64,000 nt of DNA from the NCBI GenBank assembly GCA_963796275.1, contig CAWCKY010000006.1, forward strand, positions 1,792,001 through 1,856,000, written 5' to 3'. Position 1 is the stretch's first letter, and the number at the start of each line of letters is the position of its first letter. The position numbers and the translations under genes were made by a program. Positions 11,962 to 21,970 of the stretch are shown one piece after another. A model generated the notes under the pieces. That model made no database searches. It was not told where the DNA came from and saw only the letters and a program-made list of their open reading frames with translations. The stretch comes from an uncultured Acidobacteriota bacterium (GTDB lineage: Bacteria > Acidobacteriota > Blastocatellia > RBC074).

Positions 11962-11979
11962 GCCTACCGGCCGGTAAGT
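11962..11979. promoter_or_regulatory. Palindromic operator, copy 1 (reverse complement ACTTACCGGCCGGTAGGC)
   Basis: Lies in the divergent ThDP/VOC intergenic region; near-identical to the site at 12963-12980. Confidence 0.55.
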
Positions 11980-12032
11980 ATAGTGAAATTGGCGGCGTCT
12001 GGCAATATCTCTCCCAAATCTGAAGCGAACAG

Positions 12033-12893
12033 ATGCGAAAACTTTTCCCGTTCTCCCTTTTGCTGTTATTGATTCCGATGGTTCCGCCATCAACCGGCGG
12101 AATGACGCAGGAAACATCGAACGCCACAAGCTTCCATCATGTCCACCTGAATTCGACCGATCCGTCGAAGGCGATTGATTTCTACACGCGGACATTCGAC
12201 GTAACGAAGAAGATGCGGCTCGCCGGCTTTGACGGGATTCAGAGCGAGAAGATCTATCTACTCTTCAACAAGGTGGACATTCCTCCAGCGACCTCACCCG
12301 ACAGCGCCATCTGGCATTTCGGGTGGGGAAGCACAACGATGGAAGCCGATTACCAGAAGCATCTCTCGCATGGCGTGACGTTTCATACGCCGATAACCAG
12401 GCTTGGGTCGGGACTGTTGTTCGCTTATATGAAAGCGCCGGATGGAGCGTTGGCAGAGATCAACACATCGAACACCCGCGCCTTCATTCACATCCATTTG
12501 TACAGTGACGCGCCGCTCTGCGCCGCCGAATGGTATATCAAACATCTCGGCGCGAGCAGTCGCTTGCAGCGCAGCGGCCCGTGTGAAGTCCCATTCGCCG
12601 CGCCCAGCGAGCCGCTCGGAGTTATTCGGTCGCCGGCGACTACGGTTCGTTTCGGCGAGATCAGTTTGATAATCTACCCGCGCCAGCGCCCCAGCCCTCT
12701 GGTCAGCCCGCGCGGCCACGTCGTTGATCATATCGCGTTCGGCGTCACTGATTTGGTAGACGCGCTCGATCGGTTGCGGAAATCGAGAGTGAAAGTGTTG
12801 GAAGAAGCGCGCTTGTTTGGCGACGGTAAAACTCGCGCGGCGATGATCGAAGGACCGGATGCGATTGCAATCGAACTCGTTGAAATGAAGTGA
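12033..12893 (+). CDS. Secreted two-domain VOC/glyoxalase-superfamily protein
   Basis: Signal peptide; FHHVHL, WHFGW, HIHLY, DHIAF and IELVE metal-site motifs. Confidence 0.8.
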   Translation: MRKLFPFSLLLLLIPMVPPSTGGMTQETSNATSFHHVHLNSTDPSKAIDFYTRTFDVTKKMRLAGFDGIQSEKIYLLFNKVDIPPATSPDSAIWHFGWGSTTMEADYQKHLSHGVTFHTPITRLGSGLLFAYMKAPDGALAEINTSNTRAFIHIHLYSDAPLCAAEWYIKHLGASSRLQRSGPCEVPFAAPSEPLGVIRSPATTVRFGEISLIIYPRQRPSPLVSPRGHVVDHIAFGVTDLVDALDRLRKSRVKVLEEARLFGDGKTRAAMIEGPDAIAIELVEMK

Positions 12894-12935
12894 AAGGCGA
12901 ATGGTTATTTGTATTTACCGAGCCCGAGGTTGATC

Positions 12936-12980
12936 TTGACAAGGTTTGGGGGGGGGCTATAGACTTACCAACCGGTAGGT
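12936..12980 (+). promoter_or_regulatory. Sigma70-like promoter with a G9 tract in the spacer, followed by operator copy 2 (ACTTACCAACCGGTAGGT)
   Basis: TTGACA 12936-41; G9 12948-56; TATAGA (16-bp spacer) or TAGACT (18-bp spacer); operator 12963-80. Confidence 0.6.
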
Positions 12981-13164
12981 AGTTGCGCCTCCGGTTCGAT
13001 TATTTCCGGTGGCAAGGCGCCTCCAATGGCGGAATCAACCCAGGTTTCGTAGTTCAACGCATTTCTTTATTTCTGAGATTACTGATTGATTCAGACGATC
13101 GGGCGGGCTGATCTCCGGTCTAGTTCTACATCGGTCCATCAACTTACGAGGGAATGATTCCACC

Positions 13165-14319
13165 ATGCTACGCAACCTTATTTTGCTCGTCATTACATTT
13201 GTTTTTGCGTTAAAAGGTTCCGTTGACACCGCTCGCGTCGGATTGTTAGCCATTGCCGTCGCGCTGTCGTTTGCGGGAACGGCGAACGCCCAGGAAAAAC
13301 GCTTCCAGTTTCCCGGCACGACCTGCACAGCCGGCGCTCCATACTTGCACTGTCCCGACCGTGAGTGCTCAGGGGCCACGGTAATCAATCAGGGAAACGT
13401 GGTCGAGATGAAGACGCGCCGCACTTACTTCCTTGATTATCCGTGCGATATGAAGAAGGGCGAGAAGGTCACTTTCATAATGAGTCTGCACGGCGGCGGC
13501 TCATACGGAAACTGGCAGCGACATTATTTCCCGCTGCTGGATTACGTGGACAAATATCGCCTGGTTGTCGCCACTCCGAACTCACCGACGCGAGCGTGGG
13601 CGCAAGCTGACGACGAGTACTTGCAGAACATTGTCAACTATGTCATCGAACAAGTTGGCAAGGAAAATATCAATGCCTTCTGGCTGGTTGGACATTCGCA
13701 GGGCGGCATGACTTCCAACCGGCTCCTGCGAACGGACTTCTTCAAGGACAGAGTGGATGGGTGGCTCAGCCTCTCCGGCGGTCGATTGGGCGGAAATCCG
13801 GGACGCAGCTCGACTTTCGCTCCCACCGGCGCCGCAGCGCCTGGCGGCGCAAGTTCAGGAGCGCCCGGCGGTAACAACCCGAGGGCGTCAGCTATGGCGG
13901 CATTGCGCGAGCTTCCCACCGCGGACTTCTCTCACATTTTCGAGACAGGCCAGCGCGAAGTGGACGAGAAGGGCGTGCCAGAGACATCCGATTGGGCCAA
14001 GAAATATTCTTGCGGCCCGCGACTCGCGCCGAGGGAGGTCGAAGACGTCAAGGCAGGCTACGTCTATGACAGCAACCGCTTGAATTTGTTGCGTCCGGGT
14101 TGGGGACTCCTGCCAGCGCCCGGCAGGGCGCAGGTCCTCGCATATCCCGACTGCAAGGACGGCCGTGTGGTCGCCGACGTCGTTCGCCTCGATAAGGGAC
14201 ACACCGAAGGGCTCGAGCCGAAAGTTACCGAAGAGCTGATCAAGTTGATGCTCTCAGGCCGGGGCGGTAAGCTTCAACAAATCACTACCACGTCCGCGTC
14301 GACTCAGGAAAAACGCTGA
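13165..14319 (+). CDS. Secreted alpha/beta hydrolase (esterase / PHB-depolymerase-like)
   Basis: LHGGG oxyanion region, GHSQGG nucleophile elbow, C-terminal GH, signal peptide. Confidence 0.75.
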   Translation: MLRNLILLVITFVFALKGSVDTARVGLLAIAVALSFAGTANAQEKRFQFPGTTCTAGAPYLHCPDRECSGATVINQGNVVEMKTRRTYFLDYPCDMKKGEKVTFIMSLHGGGSYGNWQRHYFPLLDYVDKYRLVVATPNSPTRAWAQADDEYLQNIVNYVIEQVGKENINAFWLVGHSQGGMTSNRLLRTDFFKDRVDGWLSLSGGRLGGNPGRSSTFAPTGAAAPGGASSGAPGGNNPRASAMAALRELPTADFSHIFETGQREVDEKGVPETSDWAKKYSCGPRLAPREVEDVKAGYVYDSNRLNLLRPGWGLLPAPGRAQVLAYPDCKDGRVVADVVRLDKGHTEGLEPKVTEELIKLMLSGRGGKLQQITTTSASTQEKR

Positions 14320-14417
14320 TCGAAATCATAGGGAAAGTTTATCGCCGGCTTCGCAACGGGTCTGATCCCTAAGCCAACGACAAATGAAGTTTGTCGGATA
14401 TTTCAGAGAAAAGAAAC

Positions 14418-15689
14418 ATGCCAACAATCAAGCGTTCAATTCTGCTTCCCTTAATTCTGACCGTTTGCGTGGCTGCGCAGGTCATTGTCCAGTCCCAGGC
14501 CGAAATCATTCCGGACTTGATCTACGGCCACAAAGGCGGTCTTGCAATGACATTCGATGCGCTCAAGCCGCAGGCGAACGCCAACGGCGCCGCAAAATCC
14601 AAAAACGATTACAGCAAGGCCGATACATGGTTATGTCGCCCGGGCAGAGATGACGCTTGCTCAGCTGACTTAACGACAACCATCGTCGCCGCCAACGGTA
14701 AGTTGACAGAGGAGAAATGGAAGGCCAATCCGAACGCGCCGATTGATTGTTTTTACGTCTATCCGACGATCTCCAACGATCCGACCCCGAACAGCGATAT
14801 GAGCGCCGGGCCGGAAGAGCGCCGCGTCATTCAGCATCAGTTCGCGCGCTTCGGATCGCAATGCCGTCCGTACGCGCCGCTCTATCGCCAGGTGACGTTG
14901 ACGACGCTGCGCGCCAATCTGTCGGGGAAGCCGATGGCGGTTGATCGCGTGCTCGCTTACTCCGACGTGCTGGACGCCTGGAAATATTATCTCGAACACG
15001 ACAATCGAGGGCGCGGCGTCGTTCTCATAGGCCATTCGCAAGGCTCCAGCGTTTTGATCCAGCTCATCAAGAATGAAATTGACGGCAAGCCCGTCCAGGA
15101 TCGCATCGTTTCCGCGTTGATATTGGGATTGAATGTCGCCGTGCCGATTGGCAAAGATGTCGGCGGCGCTTTTCAAAAGATGCCGTTGTGTCGCGCGGCG
15201 AATCAGACCGGATGCGTGATCTCCTACGTCACGTTTCGCGAAAACTCGCCGCCGCCCACCAACTCATTCTTCGGCCGCCCGCCAGCCGATGGGATGGTCG
15301 CGGCATGCGCGAATCCGGCGGCGTTGGGTGGCGGCAGCGGCGAATTGCGTGCCTATCTGGCGGCGGGCAGGGGCGCGGTTACCTCATCTGCTGCGCCAAA
15401 ACCCTGGGTGACCCCCGAACGACCGATCAGGACACCGTTTGTGAGCGTGCCGGGATTGCTCTCGGCCAAATGTGTGTCCGACGATCACGGTTCATACCTT
15501 GCGCTGAAAGTTCACGGCGATCCCGCCGATCCGCGCACTGACGACATCGCCGGCGATGTCGTGACGAACGGGCAGGCGCAAGCGAATTGGGGATTGCACC
15601 TGATTGATGTGCAGGCGACGATTGGCAACCTGGTGGATATTGTCGGCCTGCAGGGAAAGACTTATCAGGCAAAAAACAAGAAGAAATAG
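14418..15689 (+). CDS. DUF3089-like secreted alpha/beta hydrolase with a chimeric N-terminus
   Basis: WLCRP, DCFYVYPT, APLYRQ, GHSQG, GLHLID. The N-terminal PDLIYGHKGGLAMTFD segment resembles the start of a different esterase family. Confidence 0.75.
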   Translation: MPTIKRSILLPLILTVCVAAQVIVQSQAEIIPDLIYGHKGGLAMTFDALKPQANANGAAKSKNDYSKADTWLCRPGRDDACSADLTTTIVAANGKLTEEKWKANPNAPIDCFYVYPTISNDPTPNSDMSAGPEERRVIQHQFARFGSQCRPYAPLYRQVTLTTLRANLSGKPMAVDRVLAYSDVLDAWKYYLEHDNRGRGVVLIGHSQGSSVLIQLIKNEIDGKPVQDRIVSALILGLNVAVPIGKDVGGAFQKMPLCRAANQTGCVISYVTFRENSPPPTNSFFGRPPADGMVAACANPAALGGGSGELRAYLAAGRGAVTSSAAPKPWVTPERPIRTPFVSVPGLLSAKCVSDDHGSYLALKVHGDPADPRTDDIAGDVVTNGQAQANWGLHLIDVQATIGNLVDIVGLQGKTYQAKNKKK

Positions 15690-15860
15690 GAGTAATCGCC
15701 GCTAGCGGCTTCGAGCAGGCATTAAGGGTCGCGAGCGCGTTCCGGACAACAGCTCTGTACTTGAAGAGATTTACCGTGCTAAGTCGCGCGGTCTCAAAAT
15801 TCCTCTCCATCCAAGCTCGCCCAGATGCTCGCTATGGATGGAGTTCCTTTTGAGGTTTAG

Positions 15861-18008
15861 ATGAAGGTGGCTCTCTCAAACCGCCAAAACACGATTATAG
15901 CCTTCGCCGTTCTTGGCGTTCTTGCGTATTTCAGCGGTGTCGTGGGATTTTCCCAAGCGGCCACGCGGCTGGAGCTCAGGACACTGTCGTCGCGACCCGA
16001 CCTGGTCAGTGGTGGCGACGCGCTGGTCGAAATCAAAACTCCTGCAGGCGCGCAACTGAACCAGCTCAGACTGACGCTCAACGGCAAGGATGTCACTAAC
16101 CGGTTGAGGCTCGATGCGGCCTCGGGCGGCTTTCGCGGATTGATCGGCGGAATGGTTGTAGGAGAAAACACGCTGATTGCGAAGATCAAATCGCCAAAAC
16201 CTGCTCAGGCGAGCCTGAAAGTCACGAACTATCCGATCACGGGGCCGATTCTTTCGGGGCCGCATCTGACTCCTTACGAATGCCGCACAGTCGAATCGGG
16301 CCTGGGCGAGGCGCTCGACGCCGCCTGTTCAGCCAAACAGAAGATCGAATATTTCTATCGCGCGTCGAACGACACTTTCAAACCGCTCGCAAATCCGACC
16401 GGGGCGCGACCGTCCGATCTGATCAACACGACAACCAACGACGGAAAGACCGTACCCTACATCGTGCGCGTCGATTCGGGCACGATCAATCGCAGCATCT
16501 ACCGCATCGCGATCCTCGACGAGCCGAACACCGAGACGTCGCCCATAAACGGGGATCAGGTCGAATGGAGGCCCGGGCCGGGTTGGAATCGTAAATTGGC
16601 CGTGAGCTTCGGCGGCGGCGCGGGCACGCAATACAATCAGGGCGTCAACCAGGGGACCGCCGCGCTGAATCACCTCTACCTGTCGCGCGGCTTCGCTTTC
16701 ATGGTCTCGACCGAACTGGTCAATCAGCAGCACGGCAATGCGGTGTTGCAGGGCGAGGCGCTGATGATGCTCAAAGAGTATTTCATTGAGCGCTACGGCC
16801 TGCCGGAATGGACTGTTGGCAATGGCGGGTCGGGCGGAGCGATCCAGCAGTTGGTGATCACGCAAATCTATCCGGGCTTGCTCGACGGCTTGCAGCCGAC
16901 GCTTTCGTTTCCGGACTCATCGCTTCACACATCGGATTCAGGGCTGTTACAAAATTTCTGGCGGAAGGCCGATCCGTCTGTCTGGACCGACGCTAAGAAA
17001 ACGGCGGTCGAAGGCTTTACCAAAGGGACCACCGCCGCCTGGGAACGGTCATTCGTACCGGTGCTGACCGCAACCAACGCGCGCGGATGCGCGATGAATG
17101 ACGCCAGCAAGATTTATGATCCTGTAAAAAATCCCAAGGGCGCCCGCTGTACGATGCAGGAAATGCGCGCAAATATCTACGGACGCGATTTGATGACCGG
17201 CTTCGCGCGCAAGCCTCAGGACAATGTCGGATTGCAATACGGATTGGCGGCGTTGAATGACGGCGCGATCAGCGTGGACGAATTCCTGGAGCTGAACGAG
17301 AAAATCGGCGGCAATGATATTGACGGGAACTTCATTCCGCAGCGCGCCGTGGGAGACCCGATCGCGCTGCGGGCGATTTACGCGAGTGGTCTTATGAATT
17401 CGGGCGGCGGCGGGTTGGCCAACGTTCCGATCCTTCACGCGCGGCCTTACACCGACGCGATAGGCGACATCCATGACCGTCATCGCGACTTGACGATCCG
17501 AGCCCGCCTGGAACGGACCAACGGGCGCTCGGATAATCAGGTGATCTGGACGGGGCCGCCGCGCGGGCTGAATCAAACCGATCAGAATCGAGGCGTAAAC
17601 CTGGCAGCGCTCTCACTCGACACTATGAACGAATGGCTCGACGCCATCGCGGCCGATCCGGCGCCGCTCTCGACAGACAAGATCGTGCGCCACAAACCGG
17701 CGGAGGCCGTTGACGCCTGCTGGGATACTGAAGGCAATAAGATCGTCGAGAAGGCCCGTTTCGATGGCAAGGGAAAGTGCAACACGCTTTATCCGGCGCA
17801 CAGCGAGCCGCGGCTGGTGGCCGGAGCGCCGCTCACGAATGACATCGTCAAATGCCAGTTGAAGCCGATTAACTTCGCCGATTACAGGGTAACTTTCACC
17901 ACCGCGCAGAAGGCGCGTATGAAGGCCGCCTTCCCGGCTGGCGTCTGCGATTTCGGCAAGCCAGGCGTGGGCCAAGGGCCGCTTAAAGGGACGTATCAGC
18001 GGTATTGA
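15861..18008 (+). CDS. Secreted tannase-like protein (DUF6351-type)
   Basis: LSSRPDLVSGGDALV start, GGSGGAIQQ elbow, DNVGLQYGL, KCQLKP and FPAGVCD motifs. Confidence 0.75.
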   Translation: MKVALSNRQNTIIAFAVLGVLAYFSGVVGFSQAATRLELRTLSSRPDLVSGGDALVEIKTPAGAQLNQLRLTLNGKDVTNRLRLDAASGGFRGLIGGMVVGENTLIAKIKSPKPAQASLKVTNYPITGPILSGPHLTPYECRTVESGLGEALDAACSAKQKIEYFYRASNDTFKPLANPTGARPSDLINTTTNDGKTVPYIVRVDSGTINRSIYRIAILDEPNTETSPINGDQVEWRPGPGWNRKLAVSFGGGAGTQYNQGVNQGTAALNHLYLSRGFAFMVSTELVNQQHGNAVLQGEALMMLKEYFIERYGLPEWTVGNGGSGGAIQQLVITQIYPGLLDGLQPTLSFPDSSLHTSDSGLLQNFWRKADPSVWTDAKKTAVEGFTKGTTAAWERSFVPVLTATNARGCAMNDASKIYDPVKNPKGARCTMQEMRANIYGRDLMTGFARKPQDNVGLQYGLAALNDGAISVDEFLELNEKIGGNDIDGNFIPQRAVGDPIALRAIYASGLMNSGGGGLANVPILHARPYTDAIGDIHDRHRDLTIRARLERTNGRSDNQVIWTGPPRGLNQTDQNRGVNLAALSLDTMNEWLDAIAADPAPLSTDKIVRHKPAEAVDACWDTEGNKIVEKARFDGKGKCNTLYPAHSEPRLVAGAPLTNDIVKCQLKPINFADYRVTFTTAQKARMKAAFPAGVCDFGKPGVGQGPLKGTYQRY

Positions 18009-18229
18009 ACGAACAATTACCTGTACATCTATCTCAAGGAGGGCGGTTTGGCGAATCGCCGCTCGAAGGCGCGATCAAAAGCAAGGAGGTCAAGTTCTCC
18101 GTAAAGCTGAACGCGCAAGGGCAGGAATTCTTACTCGAATACGCCGGGGCTGTCGAGGGCGATACGATGAAGGGCAAGGTAAAATTCGGGGATAGAGGCG
18201 AGGCGGACTTCTCCGGTAAGAAAGAATAA
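18005..18229 (+). pseudogene. C-terminal fragment of a small beta-rich exported-type protein
   Basis: An AAGGAG RBS runs directly into mid-protein sequence (GRFGESPLEG..YAGAVEGDTMKG) with no start codon or signal peptide. Confidence 0.5.
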
Positions 18230-18251
18230 TTATTTGCATCAGGAGACGTTT

Positions 18252-19364
18252 ATGTCATGGCATCCGCGTTTATGTCAGGTCGGCGTACTCGCCGCATTGA
18301 CGTTCGCGTCAGGTCTGGCTGGCGCCGCGGCGTCGGCCCAGATCAAGACCGACATCATCGAAAAGTATCGCGCGGAATTGCAAAAGCAAGCCGCCGATCC
18401 CGAGATGAAGCGCGAGCGCGGCACACAGCCCCAGGATTGGATTTTCGCGCTGCCCGAAGGCGTCAGGTCGCGGCAGATCACATTCTACAGCGATGGGACA
18501 CCCTGTTACGGAAGAATCTTCTTCCCGAAAACTTTCAACACGCGGGGCAGGTGGCCGGCGGTCGTGGTAGGGCATGGCATCAACGCGCAGGTTGTCGGCA
18601 TCGAGAAATACGCGGCGCGCTTCGCTGAACGTGGACTTGTGGCGATGGCGATTGACTATCGCACCTACGGCTACAGCGGCGGCGACGTCTTGCTGCTCGA
18701 ATCGGACACGACCACCGACGAACGCGCGGTGTGGGAGAAGGACGCGCGCATTCAAATCAAGCGGACGAACCTGAACAATTTTCGAGAGACCGAAGATTTT
18801 CGCGCGGCCATCTCTTACATTCAGACCGAGCCTGGCGTCGATCCTGAGCGGATCGGCGTCTGGGGGTCGTCGAACGGCGCGAGCGTGGCATTGATGGTGG
18901 CCGCTCAGGACGCCCGCGTCATAGCGGTAGTCGCGCAAGTGGGCGCGGTCGGCGGACTCAACGCGAGTGGCCCGGTCGCGATCCCGCCACGAATGGTCGA
19001 AGAAGGCATCAGGCGCGCTCGCACGGGCCAGGGCTCTGAAGTTGACGGCGGCTTCTCTTTTAAGAGCAAAATTGATATGTGGAGCGGCCAGGTCAACCGT
19101 GAGTTCCGTCCGGGAGCCGCGCTCGACCGCATCCCTGAAACAACGAAGATTCTCTGGATTCCTGTTGAGAAGGACGAGTTGTTGCCGCCGCGCGGCCCCA
19201 GCGGGCCTTACGCGGGATCGAAGGCGTTTGTGGGGACATCGCAGGTCGCGGAGATTCCGTATCTGACGCACTTTCAGATTTATTCTTTCGCCGGGTTCGA
19301 GGTGAGTTCAAATCTGGCGGCGGACTGGTTCCTGACGTATCTGGGAAGGCGCGTGACAGAGTAG
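18252..19364 (+). CDS. Secreted alpha/beta hydrolase (CocE/X-Pro peptidase-like)
   Basis: AGGAG RBS, signal peptide, IDYRTYGYS, GVWGSSNG nucleophile, THF His. Confidence 0.8.
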   Translation: MSWHPRLCQVGVLAALTFASGLAGAAASAQIKTDIIEKYRAELQKQAADPEMKRERGTQPQDWIFALPEGVRSRQITFYSDGTPCYGRIFFPKTFNTRGRWPAVVVGHGINAQVVGIEKYAARFAERGLVAMAIDYRTYGYSGGDVLLLESDTTTDERAVWEKDARIQIKRTNLNNFRETEDFRAAISYIQTEPGVDPERIGVWGSSNGASVALMVAAQDARVIAVVAQVGAVGGLNASGPVAIPPRMVEEGIRRARTGQGSEVDGGFSFKSKIDMWSGQVNREFRPGAALDRIPETTKILWIPVEKDELLPPRGPSGPYAGSKAFVGTSQVAEIPYLTHFQIYSFAGFEVSSNLAADWFLTYLGRRVTE

Positions 19365-19469
19365 TTTCCCGATCCGTCGTTCGCCTGGATTTAGAGCGAT
19401 TGGAAGATGAAGAACCGGACCGCATCCGCTATAAGCGGTTAAAGGAGTCAACGAAGAGATCGACGAAGC

Positions 19470-20459
19470 ATGAGACAGGAATTGATCATACTTATAACTA
19501 TGATTGTTCTGACAGGCCCATTGTCTCCGCGCGCCGGTTCGCAAACTCACGGGCAAACAATGCGGTACCGGGCTATGGCGACGATTGAGTCACTGCCGGA
19601 TGGCGTCGCCGCAAAAGATGTTCGTTTCTACAGCGAAGGTATCGAGTGCCATGGAAAGATTTTTACGCCGAAAAACTTCTCGGCCGAGGGCAAAGCGCCT
19701 GCGGTGGCGCTCGCGCCCGACTGGGGCGAGACGGCCGCGTCAATCGAGAAATACGCCGCGCATTTCGCCTCGCGCGGACTGGTGGCGATGGTCATTGATT
19801 ATCGCGGATGGGGAAGGAGCGGCGGTTTCCCCCAAACGTTGGATGCAGTCAAGACTGATGACCGACTTCGCTTTTCGCAGATGACCGCGAGAGTGCGCAT
19901 TCATCGCAAGCGTCTCATCCCGCGGGAGCAGATTCTGGACATTCGCAACGCCCTCTATTACCTGCAGGGCGAGCCTGGCGTCGATCGCGCGCGTGTCGGC
20001 GTGTGGGGCGCCGGCATGGCGGGCGGGCATATGATCGTCATCGCCGCAACCGACGCCCGTGTCAATGCCGTAGTCGCCCAGACGCCGATCATCGAGGGCA
20101 AGGACGCGCCGCGGAAAGCTTACGCTCCGACGGGCGAGTTGCTGCTTGCCGAACAAAGGCGCGCGCGCGTTGGTTATTTGCCCGGCGCCGGCGCTTCGGT
20201 CGATGTCGAGACCAGGCTCGCGCTGGCCGAGTATCGTCCGTTCTGGTATGTCGAACAGATACCGCAGAAGACGGCTGCGCTGTTTGTCGTCGCCGAGGAA
20301 GGACCCAGAACGAATATCGCCATCGCCGCGTCGAAGTTGCTCAAAGGGCCGACAGACGTGGCACGCGTCCCCGGCGTAAGGCGCATGCGGATTGACGCAG
20401 GCCAAACGTTCAATACGGCTGCTAATGCGGCAGCCGAATGGTTTTTGAAGCGCCTGTGA
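19470..20459 (+). CDS. Paralogous alpha/beta hydrolase, probably catalytically inactive
   Basis: IDYRGWGRS; the elbow reads [10 protein letters not shown] (no Ser) and there is no C-terminal His. Confidence 0.72.
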   Translation: MRQELIILITMIVLTGPLSPRAGSQTHGQTMRYRAMATIESLPDGVAAKDVRFYSEGIECHGKIFTPKNFSAEGKAPAVALAPDWGETAASIEKYAAHFASRGLVAMVIDYRGWGRSGGFPQTLDAVKTDDRLRFSQMTARVRIHRKRLIPREQILDIRNALYYLQGEPGVDRARVGVWGAGMAGGHMIVIAATDARVNAVVAQTPIIEGKDAPRKAYAPTGELLLAEQRRARVGYLPGAGASVDVETRLALAEYRPFWYVEQIPQKTAALFVVAEEGPRTNIAIAASKLLKGPTDVARVPGVRRMRIDAGQTFNTAANAAAEWFLKRL

Positions 20460-20544
20460 TTGGCCGCTCTCCGCGGTCTTAAGCAGGCTAGCGAGATTCG
20501 CCTATTCGGGCGACGGATTTTTCACCTTTTCAAGGAGGTTTGTC

Positions 20545-21873
20545 ATGAAAGGCGCCATCAGATTGACCATGATCGCCGCCGCGCTCGCGCTGGCGTTTTT
20601 CCTTGCGCCGCGACTCAGCCGCGGAGCCGAAAAGACGGCCGGTGTAACATTCGCCAAGGACGTCGCGCCGGTTCTTCAGAAAAACTGCGTGGTCTGTCAT
20701 CGGCCGGGCGAGGTCGCGCCGATGTCATTTACGAACTACAAAGAGGTTCGGCCCTGGGCAAAGGCCATCCGCGAAAAGGTGGTGACACGCGCGATGCCGC
20801 CCTGGTTCGCCGATCCCGCCCACGGCGAATTCTCTAACGATCCGCGGCTCTCGCAAAAGGAGATTGACACAATTGTCGCCTGGGTCGATGGCGGCGCGAA
20901 GGAAGGCGATCTGAAAGACTTGCCGCCATCTCCAAAATATACCGAGGGCTGGCAGATCGGCAAACCTGACGTCACATTCTCGATGCCCATCGAATACAGC
21001 GTGCCCGCCGAGGGCGTAATCCCATACAAATATTTCGCCGTGCCGACCAACTTCACCGAGGACAAGTACGTGCAATTGGCCGAGATTCGCCAGGGCAATC
21101 GCCGGATCGTGCATCACGTGATCGTTGATGTGCGTTATCCGGAACATGGCAAACTGCCGGAGCCTGGCGAGATCCCGCCCAATGAACTCCTCTCCGTGCG
21201 ACGCGGCGGGGGCCAGCGAGGCGAACGTCCCGCCGATTCGGATGGGCGTTTGGTCGGATGGGCGCCCGGCGAAGCCCCGCTGGCTCTGCGCGCCGGTCAG
21301 GCGAAACTGATCAAAAAAGGCTCAATGCTCATATTCCAGATTCACTATGTCACGACCGGCGAAGCTGGAACCGATCGCACCAGCATCGGCATGATCTTCT
21401 CGAAAGACCCGGTCGAAAAGCGCGTCATTACCGCAGGCGCTATCCAAGCCAATTTCGTGATCCCGCCCGGCGATCCCAACTATGAAGTCAAGTCAGAATT
21501 CGCTTTCAAGGAGGACAGCCACATTGACAGCTTGCATCCGCACATGCACCTGCGCGGCAAGGATTTCAAATACACTCTCGTTTATCCGGACGGGACGTCG
21601 AAGGTGTTGCTGTCAGTGCCGCGCTGGGATTTCGGCTGGCAGATGACATATGTCTTCAAGGAGGAGGTCGCCGCGCCGAAGGGAAGCAAGCTTGTCTGCG
21701 TGGCCCATTACGACAACTCGCTCAACAACAAGTTCAACCCCGACCCGACGAATGAAGTTCGTTGGGGGGCGCAGACCTGGGAAGAGATGATGATCGGTTA
21801 TCTCGATTACACTCTCGACAAACAGGACTTGCGAATGTCGCGACCGCAGGCCGCAAGCACCAGCGGCCGATAA
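20545..21873 (+). CDS. Exported heme c + copper type II (PHM/DBM-like) monooxygenase
   Basis: CVVCH heme motif; VHH and QIHY (CuH-like); HPHMH and EEMM (CuM-like). Confidence 0.8.
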   Translation: MKGAIRLTMIAAALALAFFLAPRLSRGAEKTAGVTFAKDVAPVLQKNCVVCHRPGEVAPMSFTNYKEVRPWAKAIREKVVTRAMPPWFADPAHGEFSNDPRLSQKEIDTIVAWVDGGAKEGDLKDLPPSPKYTEGWQIGKPDVTFSMPIEYSVPAEGVIPYKYFAVPTNFTEDKYVQLAEIRQGNRRIVHHVIVDVRYPEHGKLPEPGEIPPNELLSVRRGGGQRGERPADSDGRLVGWAPGEAPLALRAGQAKLIKKGSMLIFQIHYVTTGEAGTDRTSIGMIFSKDPVEKRVITAGAIQANFVIPPGDPNYEVKSEFAFKEDSHIDSLHPHMHLRGKDFKYTLVYPDGTSKVLLSVPRWDFGWQMTYVFKEEVAAPKGSKLVCVAHYDNSLNNKFNPDPTNEVRWGAQTWEEMMIGYLDYTLDKQDLRMSRPQAASTSGR

Positions 21874-21970
21874 TCAAATTCCTTCACCAAGCCACAAGAA
21901 GGAACGCGAGGTTTATCCTTTCTCCATGTCTTTCTTGCCGCTTTGTGGAGGGGGCTTTGAGGAGGAAATC

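Noticed and set aside
18309-19271. Long antisense ORFs (also 24817-25893, 22533-23411, 43027-43971, 38086-38796)
   Set aside because: Shadow frames of well-supported genes; no motifs of their own.
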